Both the position numbers and the translations under genes were made by a program. Under the pieces are notes generated by a model. It ran no database searches. It saw nothing but the letters and a program-made list of their open reading frames with translations, and was not told where the DNA came from. Shown here piece after piece: positions 26,859 to 37,549 of a DNA stretch of 64,000 bases. This DNA is from an uncultured Desulfobacter sp. (GTDB lineage Bacteria; Desulfobacterota; Desulfobacteria; Desulfobacterales; Desulfobacteraceae), in assembly GCA_963665095.1 (NCBI GenBank), contig OY762069.1:1280001-1344000 (forward strand). The letters run 5' to 3'. Position 1 is the first letter of the stretch. Every line of letters begins with the position of its first letter.

Positions 26859-29171
26859 ATGGCAGGAAATAAAAAGTTTGAAGTTGGTTTCAATCTATCG
26901 GCAGCCCTGACCCCCGCCTTTTCTGGCACCCTGGGAAAAGCATCAAAACAAATGTCAAGGTTTGGGGCCGTCATAAAGCAGGCGGAAACCGGGCAAAAAA
27001 GTATTAAACGATTCTCTGAGCTAAGGTACGGTTTGAACGAGACGAAAACCGCCCTTGTGGATGCCAGGGCAAAGGCGGCAGCCCTTAAAAAAGAGTTTGA
27101 CAATACAGCCAAACCCACTAAAAAGCTGTCCGCCCAGGTGGCAGCCGCCCATAAAAATGTCCATAGGCTGGAAACAAAGCTGAGATCCCAGCGCCGTGCC
27201 CTTGGGGCGGCGAAAGGCGGACTTGACCAGGCTGGTATCTCCACCCGAAATCTGGCCAAAGAAAACAGCCGCCTGGCTGCATCCATTGACAAGGCAAAGG
27301 CCGCACAAAACAGGCTTAACAGGGCCAGGGCAACAATGGCCGGTGCAAAGCCTAAAATGGGCAGCATGGGGGGCAAGGCCATGGCCGCCGGTGCGATTAC
27401 CGGCGCGGCCATGGCCGCCCCTATTTTTTCCACGGCTTCATTGAACCAGGAAATGTCACGGGTCCAGGCCCTTTCTGGTGCCACGCAGGCGGAATACAAT
27501 AAAATGCGGGCATTGGCTGGCAGCCTGGGAGAAACCACCAGCTTTACGGCAAAGCAGGCAGCCGAGGGCATGAGCTATTTGTCAATGGCCGGCTTTAAAG
27601 TCAATGAAACAATGGCGGCCATGCCGGGCGTTTTAAATGTTGCTAAGGCAGCCGGTGAAGACCTGGGCCTGACGGCGGATATTGCAAGTAATATCCTTTC
27701 AGGGTTTGGTATTAAGGCCACGGAAATGGGGCGCGTGGGTGATGTGCTGACCCAGACCTTTACAAGTTCAAATACGAACCTGGCGGACCTGGGGGAAACA
27801 ATGAAGACGGCGGCCCCTATGGCCAAAATTTTGGGGGTTTCCCTTGAAGAAACGGCGGCCATGGCTGGCCTACTTGCGAACGTCGGTATCAAGGGCAGCC
27901 TTGCCGGTACGGGCATACAGGCCACAATGTCCAGGCTTGCCGCGCCAAAAGGCCCTGGTGCTGACGCCATGGCAAGCCTGGGAGTGAATTCCAGGGATGA
28001 AATGGGGAACGCCCGGAATGTAATAGAGGTTTTAGGCGATCTATCCGAAGCCATGGAAGGCATGGGTACCGGTGAAAAAACTTCATATCTTAAAGATATT
28101 TTTGGCCAGGAGCATTTCAAAACGGCGGCAAGTTTGCTTGAAGTTGGAACGGTTGGGATAAGGAAATATCACAATGAGATTCAGCAGGCCCATAAGATTG
28201 GCAAGGCCTCCCAGGTTGCCAGAATCATGGATGATAACGAGATTGGACGCTGGCAGGGTTTTAAATCCGCAGTTGACGGCGCAGCCCGCGTCCTTGGGGA
28301 TGCCCTGGCCCCCGCTGTAAATTCCGTTTTGTCTGGTATGACGCGCGCTGTGCGCGGGGTCACGGCCTGGATGAAGGGACACAAAACCATTGCAAAGGTT
28401 GTTGCCTGGTCCGTGCCAATTATAGGCGGTCTTACCACGGCAGCCCTGGGCCTTGGCGCTGCCCTTGCTGGGATAAAGTTTGCCGTTGCCGGGCTGGCCG
28501 TTCTTGGGCCGGTGTTTGGCGGTATCAAGGCCGCCTTTGCCGGGCTGTCAGTTGTTGGCCCTATTATTGCCGGTGCCAAAGCGCTTTTTGCCGGGCTGGC
28601 CATTGTGACCGCTCCGATATCCGGAACAGTGCTTGCCATTGGTGCGGCTGTCGTTGGTGTGGGTGCCGCTGTTTATCAGGTTTATAAGCATTGGGACAAG
28701 CTGAAGGGGTGTATTGCTGAATTATGGGGAAATTTGACAAAGGCCATTGATAAAATGGCTGTCTTTTCAAAAATGGGCGGCTGGCTGAAAGATAAATTTT
28801 CTTTTTCAATTTTTGGTGATTCTAAAAATAAGGAAAAGGGCGGCAAGCCAGGAAAAACTTTTTCCAATATACCAAAGACAAACGGACAGATTTCTGATAA
28901 ATCCAAAAATGTAAACGATTTGGTAAATCAGTTAAAAAACAATACCGGAAACAATCAAGCTGAGATGCTTAAAAAGGCGGCCGGCCTTTCCCGGTCTGTT
29001 AAAGGGGCAGAGATAAACCAAACGGTTGCCCCGGTTATCAATATCGCTCCCGGTGTTGATGCCAAAGGAGTGAAAGCAGCAATCTCCCAAAGCATGACAG
29101 AAACAAAGGAGTCTATGAAAACAGCCCTTGAAAACGTTTTAGCCCAGGAACGGCGGCTTGCTTATGAGTGA
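26859..29171 (+). CDS. Tail tape measure protein
   Basis: 770-aa Ala/Gly-rich protein with TP901-type core (FTAKQAAEGM, GIKGSLAGT). Confidence 0.93.
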   Translation: MAGNKKFEVGFNLSAALTPAFSGTLGKASKQMSRFGAVIKQAETGQKSIKRFSELRYGLNETKTALVDARAKAAALKKEFDNTAKPTKKLSAQVAAAHKNVHRLETKLRSQRRALGAAKGGLDQAGISTRNLAKENSRLAASIDKAKAAQNRLNRARATMAGAKPKMGSMGGKAMAAGAITGAAMAAPIFSTASLNQEMSRVQALSGATQAEYNKMRALAGSLGETTSFTAKQAAEGMSYLSMAGFKVNETMAAMPGVLNVAKAAGEDLGLTADIASNILSGFGIKATEMGRVGDVLTQTFTSSNTNLADLGETMKTAAPMAKILGVSLEETAAMAGLLANVGIKGSLAGTGIQATMSRLAAPKGPGADAMASLGVNSRDEMGNARNVIEVLGDLSEAMEGMGTGEKTSYLKDIFGQEHFKTAASLLEVGTVGIRKYHNEIQQAHKIGKASQVARIMDDNEIGRWQGFKSAVDGAARVLGDALAPAVNSVLSGMTRAVRGVTAWMKGHKTIAKVVAWSVPIIGGLTTAALGLGAALAGIKFAVAGLAVLGPVFGGIKAAFAGLSVVGPIIAGAKALFAGLAIVTAPISGTVLAIGAAVVGVGAAVYQVYKHWDKLKGCIAELWGNLTKAIDKMAVFSKMGGWLKDKFSFSIFGDSKNKEKGGKPGKTFSNIPKTNGQISDKSKNVNDLVNQLKNNTGNNQAEMLKKAAGLSRSVKGAEINQTVAPVINIAPGVDAKGVKAAISQSMTETKESMKTALENVLAQERRLAYE

Positions 29172-29364
29172 GTACAAAACTGTTCAGGGTGACACCTTTG
29201 ATATTATCGCCCTTAAAATTTGGGGTGATGAAAAAAAAGCTTGCCACCTGTTAGGAGCAAACCCCGGCATTAAGAATCTTTTTTTTCTCAATGCCGGGGT
29301 GTCAATAATTATTCCAGAAATTGAAACCACGTCAATGGATCCGGTGCCGCCATGGCAAAGATAA
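29164..29364 (+). CDS. Tail protein X (LysM-like)
   Basis: YKTVQGDTFD..ANP..PPW. Confidence 0.85.
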   Translation: MSEYKTVQGDTFDIIALKIWGDEKKACHLLGANPGIKNLFFLNAGVSIIIPEIETTSMDPVPPWQR

Positions 29365-30365
29365 GACAGGCCTTTTTAGATTTGACATATGATGGGCGTG
29401 ATATCAGCCGGGATATTTCAGGATTTTTGATAGACTTTTCCTATACTGATTACATTGGCGGCAAGGCAGATGATTTGCAAATCACGGTTGAAAACCGGGC
29501 TGGGCTTTGGTCTGGATCCTGGTTTCCTGGTAAGGGTGCTATGCTAACCGCGTCAATCAAAAGCAGCTTGTGTGGCAAGGACTCTATTTTAAAATGTGGT
29601 GTTTTTGCCGTGGATGAAATCACAGCCCAAGGGCCGCCCGATACAGTTACTATAAAAGCCGTTTCCAGCTTAACCGCCAAGGCTTTTAAGCGTGTGAATA
29701 AATCCAGGCCCTGGCAAAGCATCACTTTAAAAACGATCATGAATGATATAGCGACGGAACACAGCCTTGGTGCTTTTTTCCAGGCAAGTGAAGACCCGCA
29801 ATATATCCGGCTTGATCAGAAAGAGGAATCAGACCTTGCCTTTTTAAACCGGATTTGCCGTGAAAATGATTTATCTTTAAAAGTATCAGACGAAAAAATC
29901 ATTATCTTTGAAGGCAAACAGCTTGAACAGGTGGCCCCGGTTCGAATCGTTGAAAAAGGTGTAAGCGATCTATCCAGATACACCTTGAAGTCAAAAACTT
30001 TTGATGTTTATCGGGCCTGTGAAATTACTTACATGGACCCGACTGAGAAGGCAGAGAAAACTTTCACCTTCACCCCGCCTGGTGCTCCTGATGTTGGCCA
30101 GGTTTTAAAATTAAACAGACGGGTGGAGAGTTTAGCCCAGGCTGAAAGGGTGGCCATGGGTAGCCTGAAGCGAAAAAACCAAGAGGAAATAACCGGAAAC
30201 TTTGATCTGATGGGAGATACTGTTCTATTGGCCGGCTTGACCCATGCCGTTAATGGCTTTGGTGCTTTTGATGGAAAGTATATCATTGATGAAGCCAGGC
30301 ACAGCAGTGACAAGGACGGCGGATATTCAACGGCAATTAAATCAAGGAAGGTTTTAGGGTGGTGA
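29352..30365 (+). CDS. Baseplate hub / late control D protein
   Basis: QKEESDLAFLNR motif. Confidence 0.88.
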   Translation: MAKIRQAFLDLTYDGRDISRDISGFLIDFSYTDYIGGKADDLQITVENRAGLWSGSWFPGKGAMLTASIKSSLCGKDSILKCGVFAVDEITAQGPPDTVTIKAVSSLTAKAFKRVNKSRPWQSITLKTIMNDIATEHSLGAFFQASEDPQYIRLDQKEESDLAFLNRICRENDLSLKVSDEKIIIFEGKQLEQVAPVRIVEKGVSDLSRYTLKSKTFDVYRACEITYMDPTEKAEKTFTFTPPGAPDVGQVLKLNRRVESLAQAERVAMGSLKRKNQEEITGNFDLMGDTVLLAGLTHAVNGFGAFDGKYIIDEARHSSDKDGGYSTAIKSRKVLGW

Positions 30366-30366
30366 T

Positions 30367-30825
30367 ATGATCCGGGATCTTGAAAAAAGAATTATGGCCC
30401 TTGAAACCAGGTTAAATCAAATGATCCGGATTGGAAAAGTTTCTACTATTGACCCTGCAGCGGGAACCGCCCGGGTAATCCTTCCTGATTCTGGCGGGGT
30501 CGTTTCCTATGATTTGCCTATCCTTTTCAAGAAAACACAGAATGATAAATATTATTCAATGCCGGATATCGGGGAGCAAGTTTTGTGTTTGTTCCTTCCC
30601 AACGGCCAGGAACAAGGCTTTATTATAGGCTCTTTTTTTTCCCAAATTGATTCCACGCCGGTAAACGATCCGGATAAAACGCATGTTAAGTTCAGGGACA
30701 ATACGAGCATGGAATATGACCGTAAAAAACATAGATTGACAGTTAATATAAAGGGGCGGGTCTTAGTGAATGCTACGGGGCCGATTGAAATAATCGGATC
30801 AACAATAGATTTGAACAGGGGATAA
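30367..30825 (+). CDS. Baseplate spike protein V
   Basis: IRIGKVS, PDIGEQVLCL and YDRKKH. Confidence 0.88.
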   Translation: MIRDLEKRIMALETRLNQMIRIGKVSTIDPAAGTARVILPDSGGVVSYDLPILFKKTQNDKYYSMPDIGEQVLCLFLPNGQEQGFIIGSFFSQIDSTPVNDPDKTHVKFRDNTSMEYDRKKHRLTVNIKGRVLVNATGPIEIIGSTIDLNRG

Positions 30826-31140
30826 ATGGCAGCGATCACACGTAACGGGGATCTTTCCATGGGCATATGTGCATGTTGTTGTCCGTCATGCCCCCATGGG
30901 TGGGTCAGTGTGCATGTGGGCGGTAGCTCTAATGTTCGGGCCAACAACATGGGTGTTATGAGGGATCAGGATATAGGCGTGTCAAATTGCCCGCATTGCC
31001 CTACATCGTTTGCCGTTACGGCATCCCGGACTGTTCGGGCCAATGGCCGGGGCGTGCACCGGTTAGGTGATGTGCATAATGTTGCTTGTGGCAGCGGCCT
31101 TGTTATTTCTGCTTCATCTAATATTTTTGCGGGGGTTTAA
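30826..31140 (+). CDS. PAAR-type spike tip protein
   Basis: TRNGD, SNVRAN and HRLGD repeats; Cys/His rich; follows gpV. Confidence 0.8.
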   Translation: MAAITRNGDLSMGICACCCPSCPHGWVSVHVGGSSNVRANNMGVMRDQDIGVSNCPHCPTSFAVTASRTVRANGRGVHRLGDVHNVACGSGLVISASSNIFAGV

Positions 31141-31142
31141 AC

Positions 31143-32039
31143 ATGTCTGAATTTGCCATAGAGGTGAATGAATCAAAGCTTGGATTTGCTGTTTTATGTA
31201 AGTGCCTTGATCTTCATCACATTGCTGTGACGTTGCGTGATCTCGGTTTAGCTGAATTTTTTCCAGATGTATCCATTCAATTTAAGGATGTTTGTTCGGT
31301 ACTTAGATTTGGCGTCAGCGCAAAAATTGCCTGGACCGGGCAGTCAATGACCAAGGCGGATTCTGTGCCGGATGACACCCGGGTACCGGCAACGGTAGAA
31401 ATCAATGACGCCCTTATCAGCTTGATGTATAACGCAGCCGTAGCAAAAGGCATCACTCTTTCTGAATCATATGTATTCACAGCAGTGGACGGCGAATACA
31501 TAGAAGCATCAAAAACATGGTCAGGCGCAGCAAAAATATATCTTGATATGATGTCTTTGGCTGATGAGCTTACCATGTTTAAAATTGTATTCGGTGATTT
31601 GTACTTGGGCACAGTAGATATTAATCGCAGTCCTGGGCAGGTGATCCCGTTCGCGAGTTGTCCGCTGCCACTGGCCCATACTGCAGTGGGTTTTTCTATT
31701 GCAAACTGGTCCGGGATAAAGGCGGCGGCTGGGGATTACATCAATAACCTAATGCGCTTACCTGCTCTGGATGTTTTCGCGTTGTCTCCTGGTGAACTAT
31801 CCACAAGTGTTTCAAGCATTACCGTTTCAGGCGTTGTTCACCCTTCAGACGCGACTTTAACTATTTTTGACTGTTCTGCAGGTGGGGCTATTATTGCCGT
31901 CATGGAAGCGGAAGGATCAAACGGGGTTCAGTTTGCATCCGGAACATGGTTGTCTGGCGCATCTGTCCGGGTGGTTGTGGCCACGGCATCCGCCCCGTCA
32001 TCAATCACTTTCACTGTATTGACTATGGCCGCTTTATGA
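31143..32039 (+). CDS. Hypothetical protein inside the baseplate module
   Basis: 298-aa ORF coupled to both neighbours; no recognised motif. Confidence 0.6.
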   Translation: MSEFAIEVNESKLGFAVLCKCLDLHHIAVTLRDLGLAEFFPDVSIQFKDVCSVLRFGVSAKIAWTGQSMTKADSVPDDTRVPATVEINDALISLMYNAAVAKGITLSESYVFTAVDGEYIEASKTWSGAAKIYLDMMSLADELTMFKIVFGDLYLGTVDINRSPGQVIPFASCPLPLAHTAVGFSIANWSGIKAAAGDYINNLMRLPALDVFALSPGELSTSVSSITVSGVVHPSDATLTIFDCSAGGAIIAVMEAEGSNGVQFASGTWLSGASVRVVVATASAPSSITFTVLTMAAL

Positions 32040-32419
32040 TTGGTACATTTGGAAATATTGCTTTCGAAACCAGCACGAAAAAGGTTTTAACTTTTGATGA
32101 GTTCGAAAGGGTGACCGCCGCTATTTTCGCAGAACACAAGGTTATTGATCAAAAGCCAAAGCTACAGCTTACCGGCCTTGCTTTGGACCAAATTACTTTT
32201 TCCATTTTCCTATCTGCATTCCTGGGCGTTGACCCTGCAGATGAAATCCAAAGTTTTAAAGAGATTGCGGCCAAGGGTGAGGCTAGAAAATTAATTATGG
32301 GCGGGCAAGTTGTTGGGGATTTTGTCCTTGTAAACATGACAGAAAAATGGAGCCATGTAAACGCCAGGGGTAAAGTGGTAACAGCCATGCTTAATATCAC
32401 CTTAAAGGAATATGTCTGA
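32036..32419 (+). CDS. P2 gpU-like tail protein
   Basis: MIGTFGNIAF and EH.VI..KP.LQ.TG. Confidence 0.85.
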   Translation: MIGTFGNIAFETSTKKVLTFDEFERVTAAIFAEHKVIDQKPKLQLTGLALDQITFSIFLSAFLGVDPADEIQSFKEIAAKGEARKLIMGGQVVGDFVLVNMTEKWSHVNARGKVVTAMLNITLKEYV

Positions 32420-32745
32420 TGGAATTAGATATAACCGCAACCATGGAGACAATAGAGATCGGCGCCACCGGGGCAACGGAAATTATCCAGAATGTAAAAA
32501 CCATTATTTCCACAATCCGTGGAACGGTGCCCCTTGATAGAACCTTCGGTATCAGTTGGGATTTTATTGATATGCCCGCCCCTGCATCCCGGGCTGCTTT
32601 TATCGCTGAAATTGTGGAGGAAGTTGAAAAGCAGGAGCCCCGCGTAAATGTGATAAGCGTTTCATGGGATGAAGATCAGGCCAAAGAAATGGACGGAAAA
32701 CCTACGCCAACGATTAAAATAAAAATCAAGGATGAATATTTATGA
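32419..32745 (+). CDS. Baseplate wedge gpW/gp25-like
   Basis: GTVPLDRTFG and EPRV. Confidence 0.85.
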   Translation: MELDITATMETIEIGATGATEIIQNVKTIISTIRGTVPLDRTFGISWDFIDMPAPASRAAFIAEIVEEVEKQEPRVNVISVSWDEDQAKEMDGKPTPTIKIKIKDEYL

Positions 32746-33848
32746 TTGCGGATATCAGTTTTTGTGAAACAGACACGGCCACGGTTGAACAGTCCATTAT
32801 AGATATTTACGAAGGCATAACGGGGGCAACATTATACCCGGGTGATCCGGTGCGGCTGTTTTTGGAATCCCTTGCAGCTGTCATAGGGCAACAAAGGGTC
32901 ATTATTGACCAGGCAGGAAAATCAAATTTGGTCAATTATGCAAGGGAAGCGTATCTTGATCATATTGGGGCTATGACTGATACCCCAAGGCTTGAGATGG
33001 CAAAGGCAATAGTGAAGGTCCGGTTTGTATTGTCTGGTGTGCTTGGTAGTGTAACCCCCATTGCAAAGGGCGTCAGGGTTTCACCGGACGGGAAAATATT
33101 CTTTGAAACTGTTGCGGCTGCAGAGATCCCGGCGGGGGAATCTTCTCTTGTGATTGATTGTCAATGTACGGAAGCCGGGGCGCTTGGAAACGGTTTTTTA
33201 CCCGGTCAAATAACCAAGCTGGTTGACCCTATTCCTTATGTTGCTAGCGTGATCAATACCACAGAAACAACCGGCGGCGCAGATTTGGAGACCGATGCCG
33301 CATATGTCGAAAGGATTATTCTTGCCCCTGAAAAATATTCTGTTGCCGGGCCTGATGGCGCCTATCAGTACTGGGCTAAAACAGCCAACCAAAATATAAT
33401 TGACATTGCCACCTTTTCCCCATCCCCTGGTGTGGTCAATGTTATCCCCCTGGCCCTGGGTGGAACCCTTCCGGATGATGAAATTTTAACCGCTGTTGGC
33501 AACCTTTTAAACAGGCGTGACAAGCGCCCATTGACAGATAGTATACAAGTCTTGCCACCCAATCAGATTAATTACGATATATCATTAACTTATTATATTG
33601 CAGTTTCTGATATTCCCTTGGTTGCCCAGATCCAAGCAAATGTTAACGCTGCAGTTGAAAACTTTAAGGCGTGGCAGAAATCTAAGCTTGGGCGGGATAT
33701 TAACCCCAGCGTTTTGACACAATACATAATGGGCGCCGGGGCAAAAAGAGTTTCGATTATTTCTCCTACTTATGCCGCCCTTGAACCTAATCAGGTGGCG
33801 AATGATGTAACTATGACTATTACCTATGGTGGGATCGAAGATGAGTAA
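32742..33848 (+). CDS. Baseplate J protein
   Basis: GGADLETD, SVAGPDGAY and RPLTD motifs. Confidence 0.92.
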   Translation: MIADISFCETDTATVEQSIIDIYEGITGATLYPGDPVRLFLESLAAVIGQQRVIIDQAGKSNLVNYAREAYLDHIGAMTDTPRLEMAKAIVKVRFVLSGVLGSVTPIAKGVRVSPDGKIFFETVAAAEIPAGESSLVIDCQCTEAGALGNGFLPGQITKLVDPIPYVASVINTTETTGGADLETDAAYVERIILAPEKYSVAGPDGAYQYWAKTANQNIIDIATFSPSPGVVNVIPLALGGTLPDDEILTAVGNLLNRRDKRPLTDSIQVLPPNQINYDISLTYYIAVSDIPLVAQIQANVNAAVENFKAWQKSKLGRDINPSVLTQYIMGAGAKRVSIISPTYAALEPNQVANDVTMTITYGGIEDE

Positions 33849-34485
33849 AAGTCTAAAAGAGATTAATTTTCTTGACCTGTTGCCGTCTTCAATTTCTGGT
33901 GACGAAAAAATGAAAGCGGCCGCGCTGGCGCTTAACGCAGAGCTTTCATATCTAAATGATAAGACGGATTTGATATTTCTTTGGTCAAGAATTGACACCA
34001 TAGAGGAGCCGCTCATATCTGCCCTTGCTTACCAGATGCATGTTGACTATTGGGACGATAATTTTTTATTTGATCAAAAAAGGGAAATTGTAAAAACGTC
34101 TATTGCCTGGCACCGGATCAAAGGCACCCGGGCGGCTGTTGATAAAATGCTTGCTTTTGTTATAGGCGGCGGGGTGGCGGAAGATTGGCACGAATATGGC
34201 GGAGAGCCCTTCTATTTTCGAATTGTCACCACGGAAAGCCTAGTCAATCAGGAAACTTTTGAAAAGAAATTAATCCCGGCAATCAATCGGGCAAAAAATA
34301 CCCGGTCATGGTTGGAAGAAATTATTGTTGATCGTGATATCTCCGGAGACCTTTTCTTTGGCCTTGGGATCGTTCAGAGAAAAAAAATCACAATTGGTTT
34401 TGCCCTCAACATTGCGCCCCAAGAGGATAGGTTTATTGGGTTAGCGTTGAGGATCGGCAAAAGAATAACAATTAACGCAGCATAA
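33841..34485 (+). CDS. Tail protein I (P2-like)
   Basis: LAYQMHVD, HRIKGT..AV and AKNTRSWL. Confidence 0.88.
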   Translation: MSKSLKEINFLDLLPSSISGDEKMKAAALALNAELSYLNDKTDLIFLWSRIDTIEEPLISALAYQMHVDYWDDNFLFDQKREIVKTSIAWHRIKGTRAAVDKMLAFVIGGGVAEDWHEYGGEPFYFRIVTTESLVNQETFEKKLIPAINRAKNTRSWLEEIIVDRDISGDLFFGLGIVQRKKITIGFALNIAPQEDRFIGLALRIGKRITINAA

Positions 34486-34496
34486 AGGAGTGTTTA

Positions 34497-35552
34497 ATGT
34501 CTGGTTTTTCTGCCAACTACTTAACGCTAAAGGGTATAGCGTTACAATCCAAGGCGCAAACCGGGGTACAATTACAATTCACCCGGATTGGCATCGGTGA
34601 CGGTGTTTTGCCCGATGGTCAGGCGTTGCGGGATTTGACAGCCCTGTTACATGAAAAAATATCAGTACCCATTCAGGAATTAGAGGTTGTTGGGAATGGG
34701 ACAAGTCGCCTAAATTTCCTTTTAACCAATAAGGACCGGACTGAAGGGGTCTTTATTCGGGAGATCGGAATTTTTGCGATGGACCCAGACGAGGGAGAAA
34801 TTCTATATGCCATAACATACGCTGGTGACAAATATGATTATCTCCCCCCGGATGGCGAAGCAACGGCCGTTTCCCAGGATGTTGATATTTATACTATCAT
34901 CGGGAATGCCCCGAATGTAACGGCGGTTTTTGCCCAGGTGGCAGCCATTGATGTGGATGTAAAACAGCATCTTGTTGAAGCGGCAACGGCAAACGGGCAG
35001 ACTGATTTTATTTTGCCATGGCCATATAACCCCCGCCGCCCCAACCTGGCGGTTTATCGGGATGGGGTCAAGCAGATTCGTGGTATCCATTGGGACCCAC
35101 CACCGGCGGAAGCGGAAGCGGAAACAAGCACAACGGTGATTTTTAAGGCACCCCTGGCAGGCCTGGTTGATGGCCTTGAATTCTTTTCCATCCCCGTGGC
35201 TGCTGGGACGCATAAGGTTGCAACGGTCTGGCATAAAGCGGCGGACTACACAATCACAAATGGAAACAACGGGCATGTTCTGACCAATCGTGATTGTACT
35301 ACTGCAATGATATTCACTCTGGATTCAATGATTTCCGTTGGGATGCGTGTCACGGTGGCCAAACTTGCGGCCTATGACGTAACCGTCCAGGCCCCGGCCG
35401 GGGAAAGCATCATTGATAGTATTGCCGGGGGTTATATTCAGAATATAGATGATTCCCAGGTGGGTGCCACGCTTAGCTTGATCAAAGTGAGTGACACGCT
35501 TTGGACAGTAGAGCGGGGTTTCGGAACATGGTCAACAAATAACGGGGAATAG
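34497..35552 (+). CDS. Tail fibre protein
   Basis: N-terminal LTLKG..IGIGDG..IREIGIFA..GEILYA baseplate-binding domain. Confidence 0.85.
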   Translation: MSGFSANYLTLKGIALQSKAQTGVQLQFTRIGIGDGVLPDGQALRDLTALLHEKISVPIQELEVVGNGTSRLNFLLTNKDRTEGVFIREIGIFAMDPDEGEILYAITYAGDKYDYLPPDGEATAVSQDVDIYTIIGNAPNVTAVFAQVAAIDVDVKQHLVEAATANGQTDFILPWPYNPRRPNLAVYRDGVKQIRGIHWDPPPAEAEAETSTTVIFKAPLAGLVDGLEFFSIPVAAGTHKVATVWHKAADYTITNGNNGHVLTNRDCTTAMIFTLDSMISVGMRVTVAKLAAYDVTVQAPAGESIIDSIAGGYIQNIDDSQVGATLSLIKVSDTLWTVERGFGTWSTNNGE

Positions 35553-35556
35553 AATT

Positions 35557-36339
35557 ATGAACGATTTTAATTTTGGGTATGCGGTTGAGGTTTCCACCCA
35601 TAAAAAAGTTGTAAAGTTTACTGCATCCGGGGTTTGGACGGTGCCAGCAGACGTGGAAGTTATTGAAGCTGTGATCGTTGGCGGAGGCGGCTCCGGTGGG
35701 TTTTGTTCGCAGTATGCCGGTGGAGGCGGAGGCGGTTGTATTCGCTGGCAGAAAATCCCTGTTGTTGGGCTATCATCCATTCCTGTGGTTGTAGGTGTCG
35801 GCGGCGCTGCATTAACCGCTGTGGGGGATGGCAACGATGGCGGGGACTCCTATGTATTAAGCGATATTTATTTAGCGCCTGGGGGCAAGGGCGGGAAATC
35901 ATATCAGGGTGCCAGTGCAGCGATCCAGGGTGGTTATGGCGGCGGTTTTTCTATAACCGATGTTGTGAACAATACTTATGGCGTGCTCACCACCACTTCG
36001 GGCGGGGCGATGGGTAATGAGGCAGCAACAGCATCCCCCGCAGTCAATGCTGGTATTATTAGATCCTTTGGCTGGGGGGCTTATTGCTCCGGCGGACAAG
36101 GAGGGCATGGATACAATTCTGCCGTCGGAGCTAACGGGGGCAGTAATCCCTTTGGTAATGGCGGGACTGGCCTGACAGATACGCAACGGCTTGGCGGCGG
36201 CGGCGCAAGCTTCGGCCCAGGGGGTGATTATGGTTCAGATGTCCCTGCCGGGTCAATCGGCGGCGGATCTGGTGCGGCCCATGCGCTACACGGCCCGTCT
36301 GGTCCAGGGGCCAATGGCGCTGTTTATATTTTTTATTAA
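35557..36339 (+). CDS. Glycine-rich tail fibre-associated protein
   Basis: FTASGVWTVP..VGGGGSGG..GGGGGG..GANGAVYI. Confidence 0.75.
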   Translation: MNDFNFGYAVEVSTHKKVVKFTASGVWTVPADVEVIEAVIVGGGGSGGFCSQYAGGGGGGCIRWQKIPVVGLSSIPVVVGVGGAALTAVGDGNDGGDSYVLSDIYLAPGGKGGKSYQGASAAIQGGYGGGFSITDVVNNTYGVLTTTSGGAMGNEAATASPAVNAGIIRSFGWGAYCSGGQGGHGYNSAVGANGGSNPFGNGGTGLTDTQRLGGGGASFGPGGDYGSDVPAGSIGGGSGAAHALHGPSGPGANGAVYIFY

Positions 36340-36354
36340 TTAGGAGGTGTCTCC

Positions 36355-36906
36355 ATGCAATACGCACAAATAAGAGCTGGTAAAGTTAATATTATTGAGG
36401 TTGCAGATGCAACCGCACTGGCTGCTTTGCGGGCAACGGGATTGACAATCATTGATATCTCAGGGCGTGACCCGCGCCCGGCAACCGGTTGGGGTTATGA
36501 TGCTGATGCATCCATTTTCTTGGCCCCGCAGGAGCAAACTCCTTGTGTTTGTCTCCATGTGGAAATATCTGGCGGAGATGGAGGGGACCCTCCCGGCATA
36601 AGTAATGACGGGGTGGACTCCCTTTCTGTTTCTGCAGTATTCCGGGCAACCGAAGATTCTAATTCAGACATCGTGGAAGACGTTAATATCACCCGCAGGA
36701 TCAATATTAGGGACGATAAAAATAATGTTGCCAATATCATCAAAATTTCTTTTGCTGCTGGTATTTGCAACTTCTCTTATGCCACGGCCAGGGCTGCAGG
36801 GCTTTTCCATATCGCCCAGGCGGATTTTACCGAGAAAATTAATGGTGTGTCTATTAAGCTTATAGGAGACACACAATTTAAAGTGTATGAAGATTATACA
36901 AGCTAA
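36355..36906 (+). CDS. Tail fibre accessory/assembly-like protein
   Basis: YAQIRAGKVNII..GWGYD..F.AP; GGAGG RBS. Confidence 0.55.
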   Translation: MQYAQIRAGKVNIIEVADATALAALRATGLTIIDISGRDPRPATGWGYDADASIFLAPQEQTPCVCLHVEISGGDGGDPPGISNDGVDSLSVSAVFRATEDSNSDIVEDVNITRRINIRDDKNNVANIIKISFAAGICNFSYATARAAGLFHIAQADFTEKINGVSIKLIGDTQFKVYEDYTS

Positions 36907-36915
36907 AGGGGGGGC

Positions 36916-37173
36916 ATGCCAAAAAGCCTGGCTGAATTAAAAGATAATGCCCTTGCCTGGACGCTTGTTTTTATCATGTCCAGCTTTGCGGCGGTATTGG
37001 CATATCAAAATAACCGGATAGCCGCCCTTTATGACAAAAACGCTGCCTTGTCTGGAGAATTTGTCCGCCTTGAACGGTATCAGGCAGACCGGATAACAAC
37101 CCGGGACGTATTACGGCGAATAGAGGCAAATATAGATAAGCTCATAATAATGATGGTGGATAAAAGGGGTTAA
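36916..37173 (+). CDS. Small single-TM membrane protein (holin-like)
   Basis: One hydrophobic helix plus a coiled coil, located after the tail genes. Confidence 0.5.
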   Translation: MPKSLAELKDNALAWTLVFIMSSFAAVLAYQNNRIAALYDKNAALSGEFVRLERYQADRITTRDVLRRIEANIDKLIIMMVDKRG

Positions 37174-37174
37174 A

Positions 37175-37546
37175 TTGATTGAGACACAGGTAACCACGCC
37201 GGTAAAATATGAAGACCTTACGCCAGCGATAAAGCAGAGAATTTGTAACGGATGCGGCGGAAAGGGCGGAATCGTGAAACCACCGCATAGAATATTCTTT
37301 GAATCGTCATGCAATCACCATGATTATGGGTATTTCAAGGGGTGTACGGAACAAGACCGGAAAGCGGCGGACCTTGGCCTTTACCGTGCCATGGTTAACG
37401 ATTGCGCGGGTCTTCCCTGGTATCAAAAAGTCAGATATCGCCCATGGTGCTGGCTGTATTATATGGGTGTTCGTGTTGCAGGAAGAAAATTTTTTTATTA
37501 TGGAAATACCAAAAAGTTTCCAAAAATGGAAAAAGGAGAGTGTTGA
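37175..37546 (+). CDS. Phage protein with CxxHDxxY motif (phospholipase A2-like/DUF1353-like)
   Basis: CNGCG, CNHHDYGY, RKAAD and Y.GVR..G. Confidence 0.6.
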   Translation: MIETQVTTPVKYEDLTPAIKQRICNGCGGKGGIVKPPHRIFFESSCNHHDYGYFKGCTEQDRKAADLGLYRAMVNDCAGLPWYQKVRYRPWCWLYYMGVRVAGRKFFYYGNTKKFPKMEKGEC

Positions 37547-37549
37547 AAA

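Noticed and set aside
34497..36906. Diversity-generating retroelement or invertible tail-fibre switch
   Set aside because: No reverse transcriptase, invertase, or template/variable repeat pair was seen.
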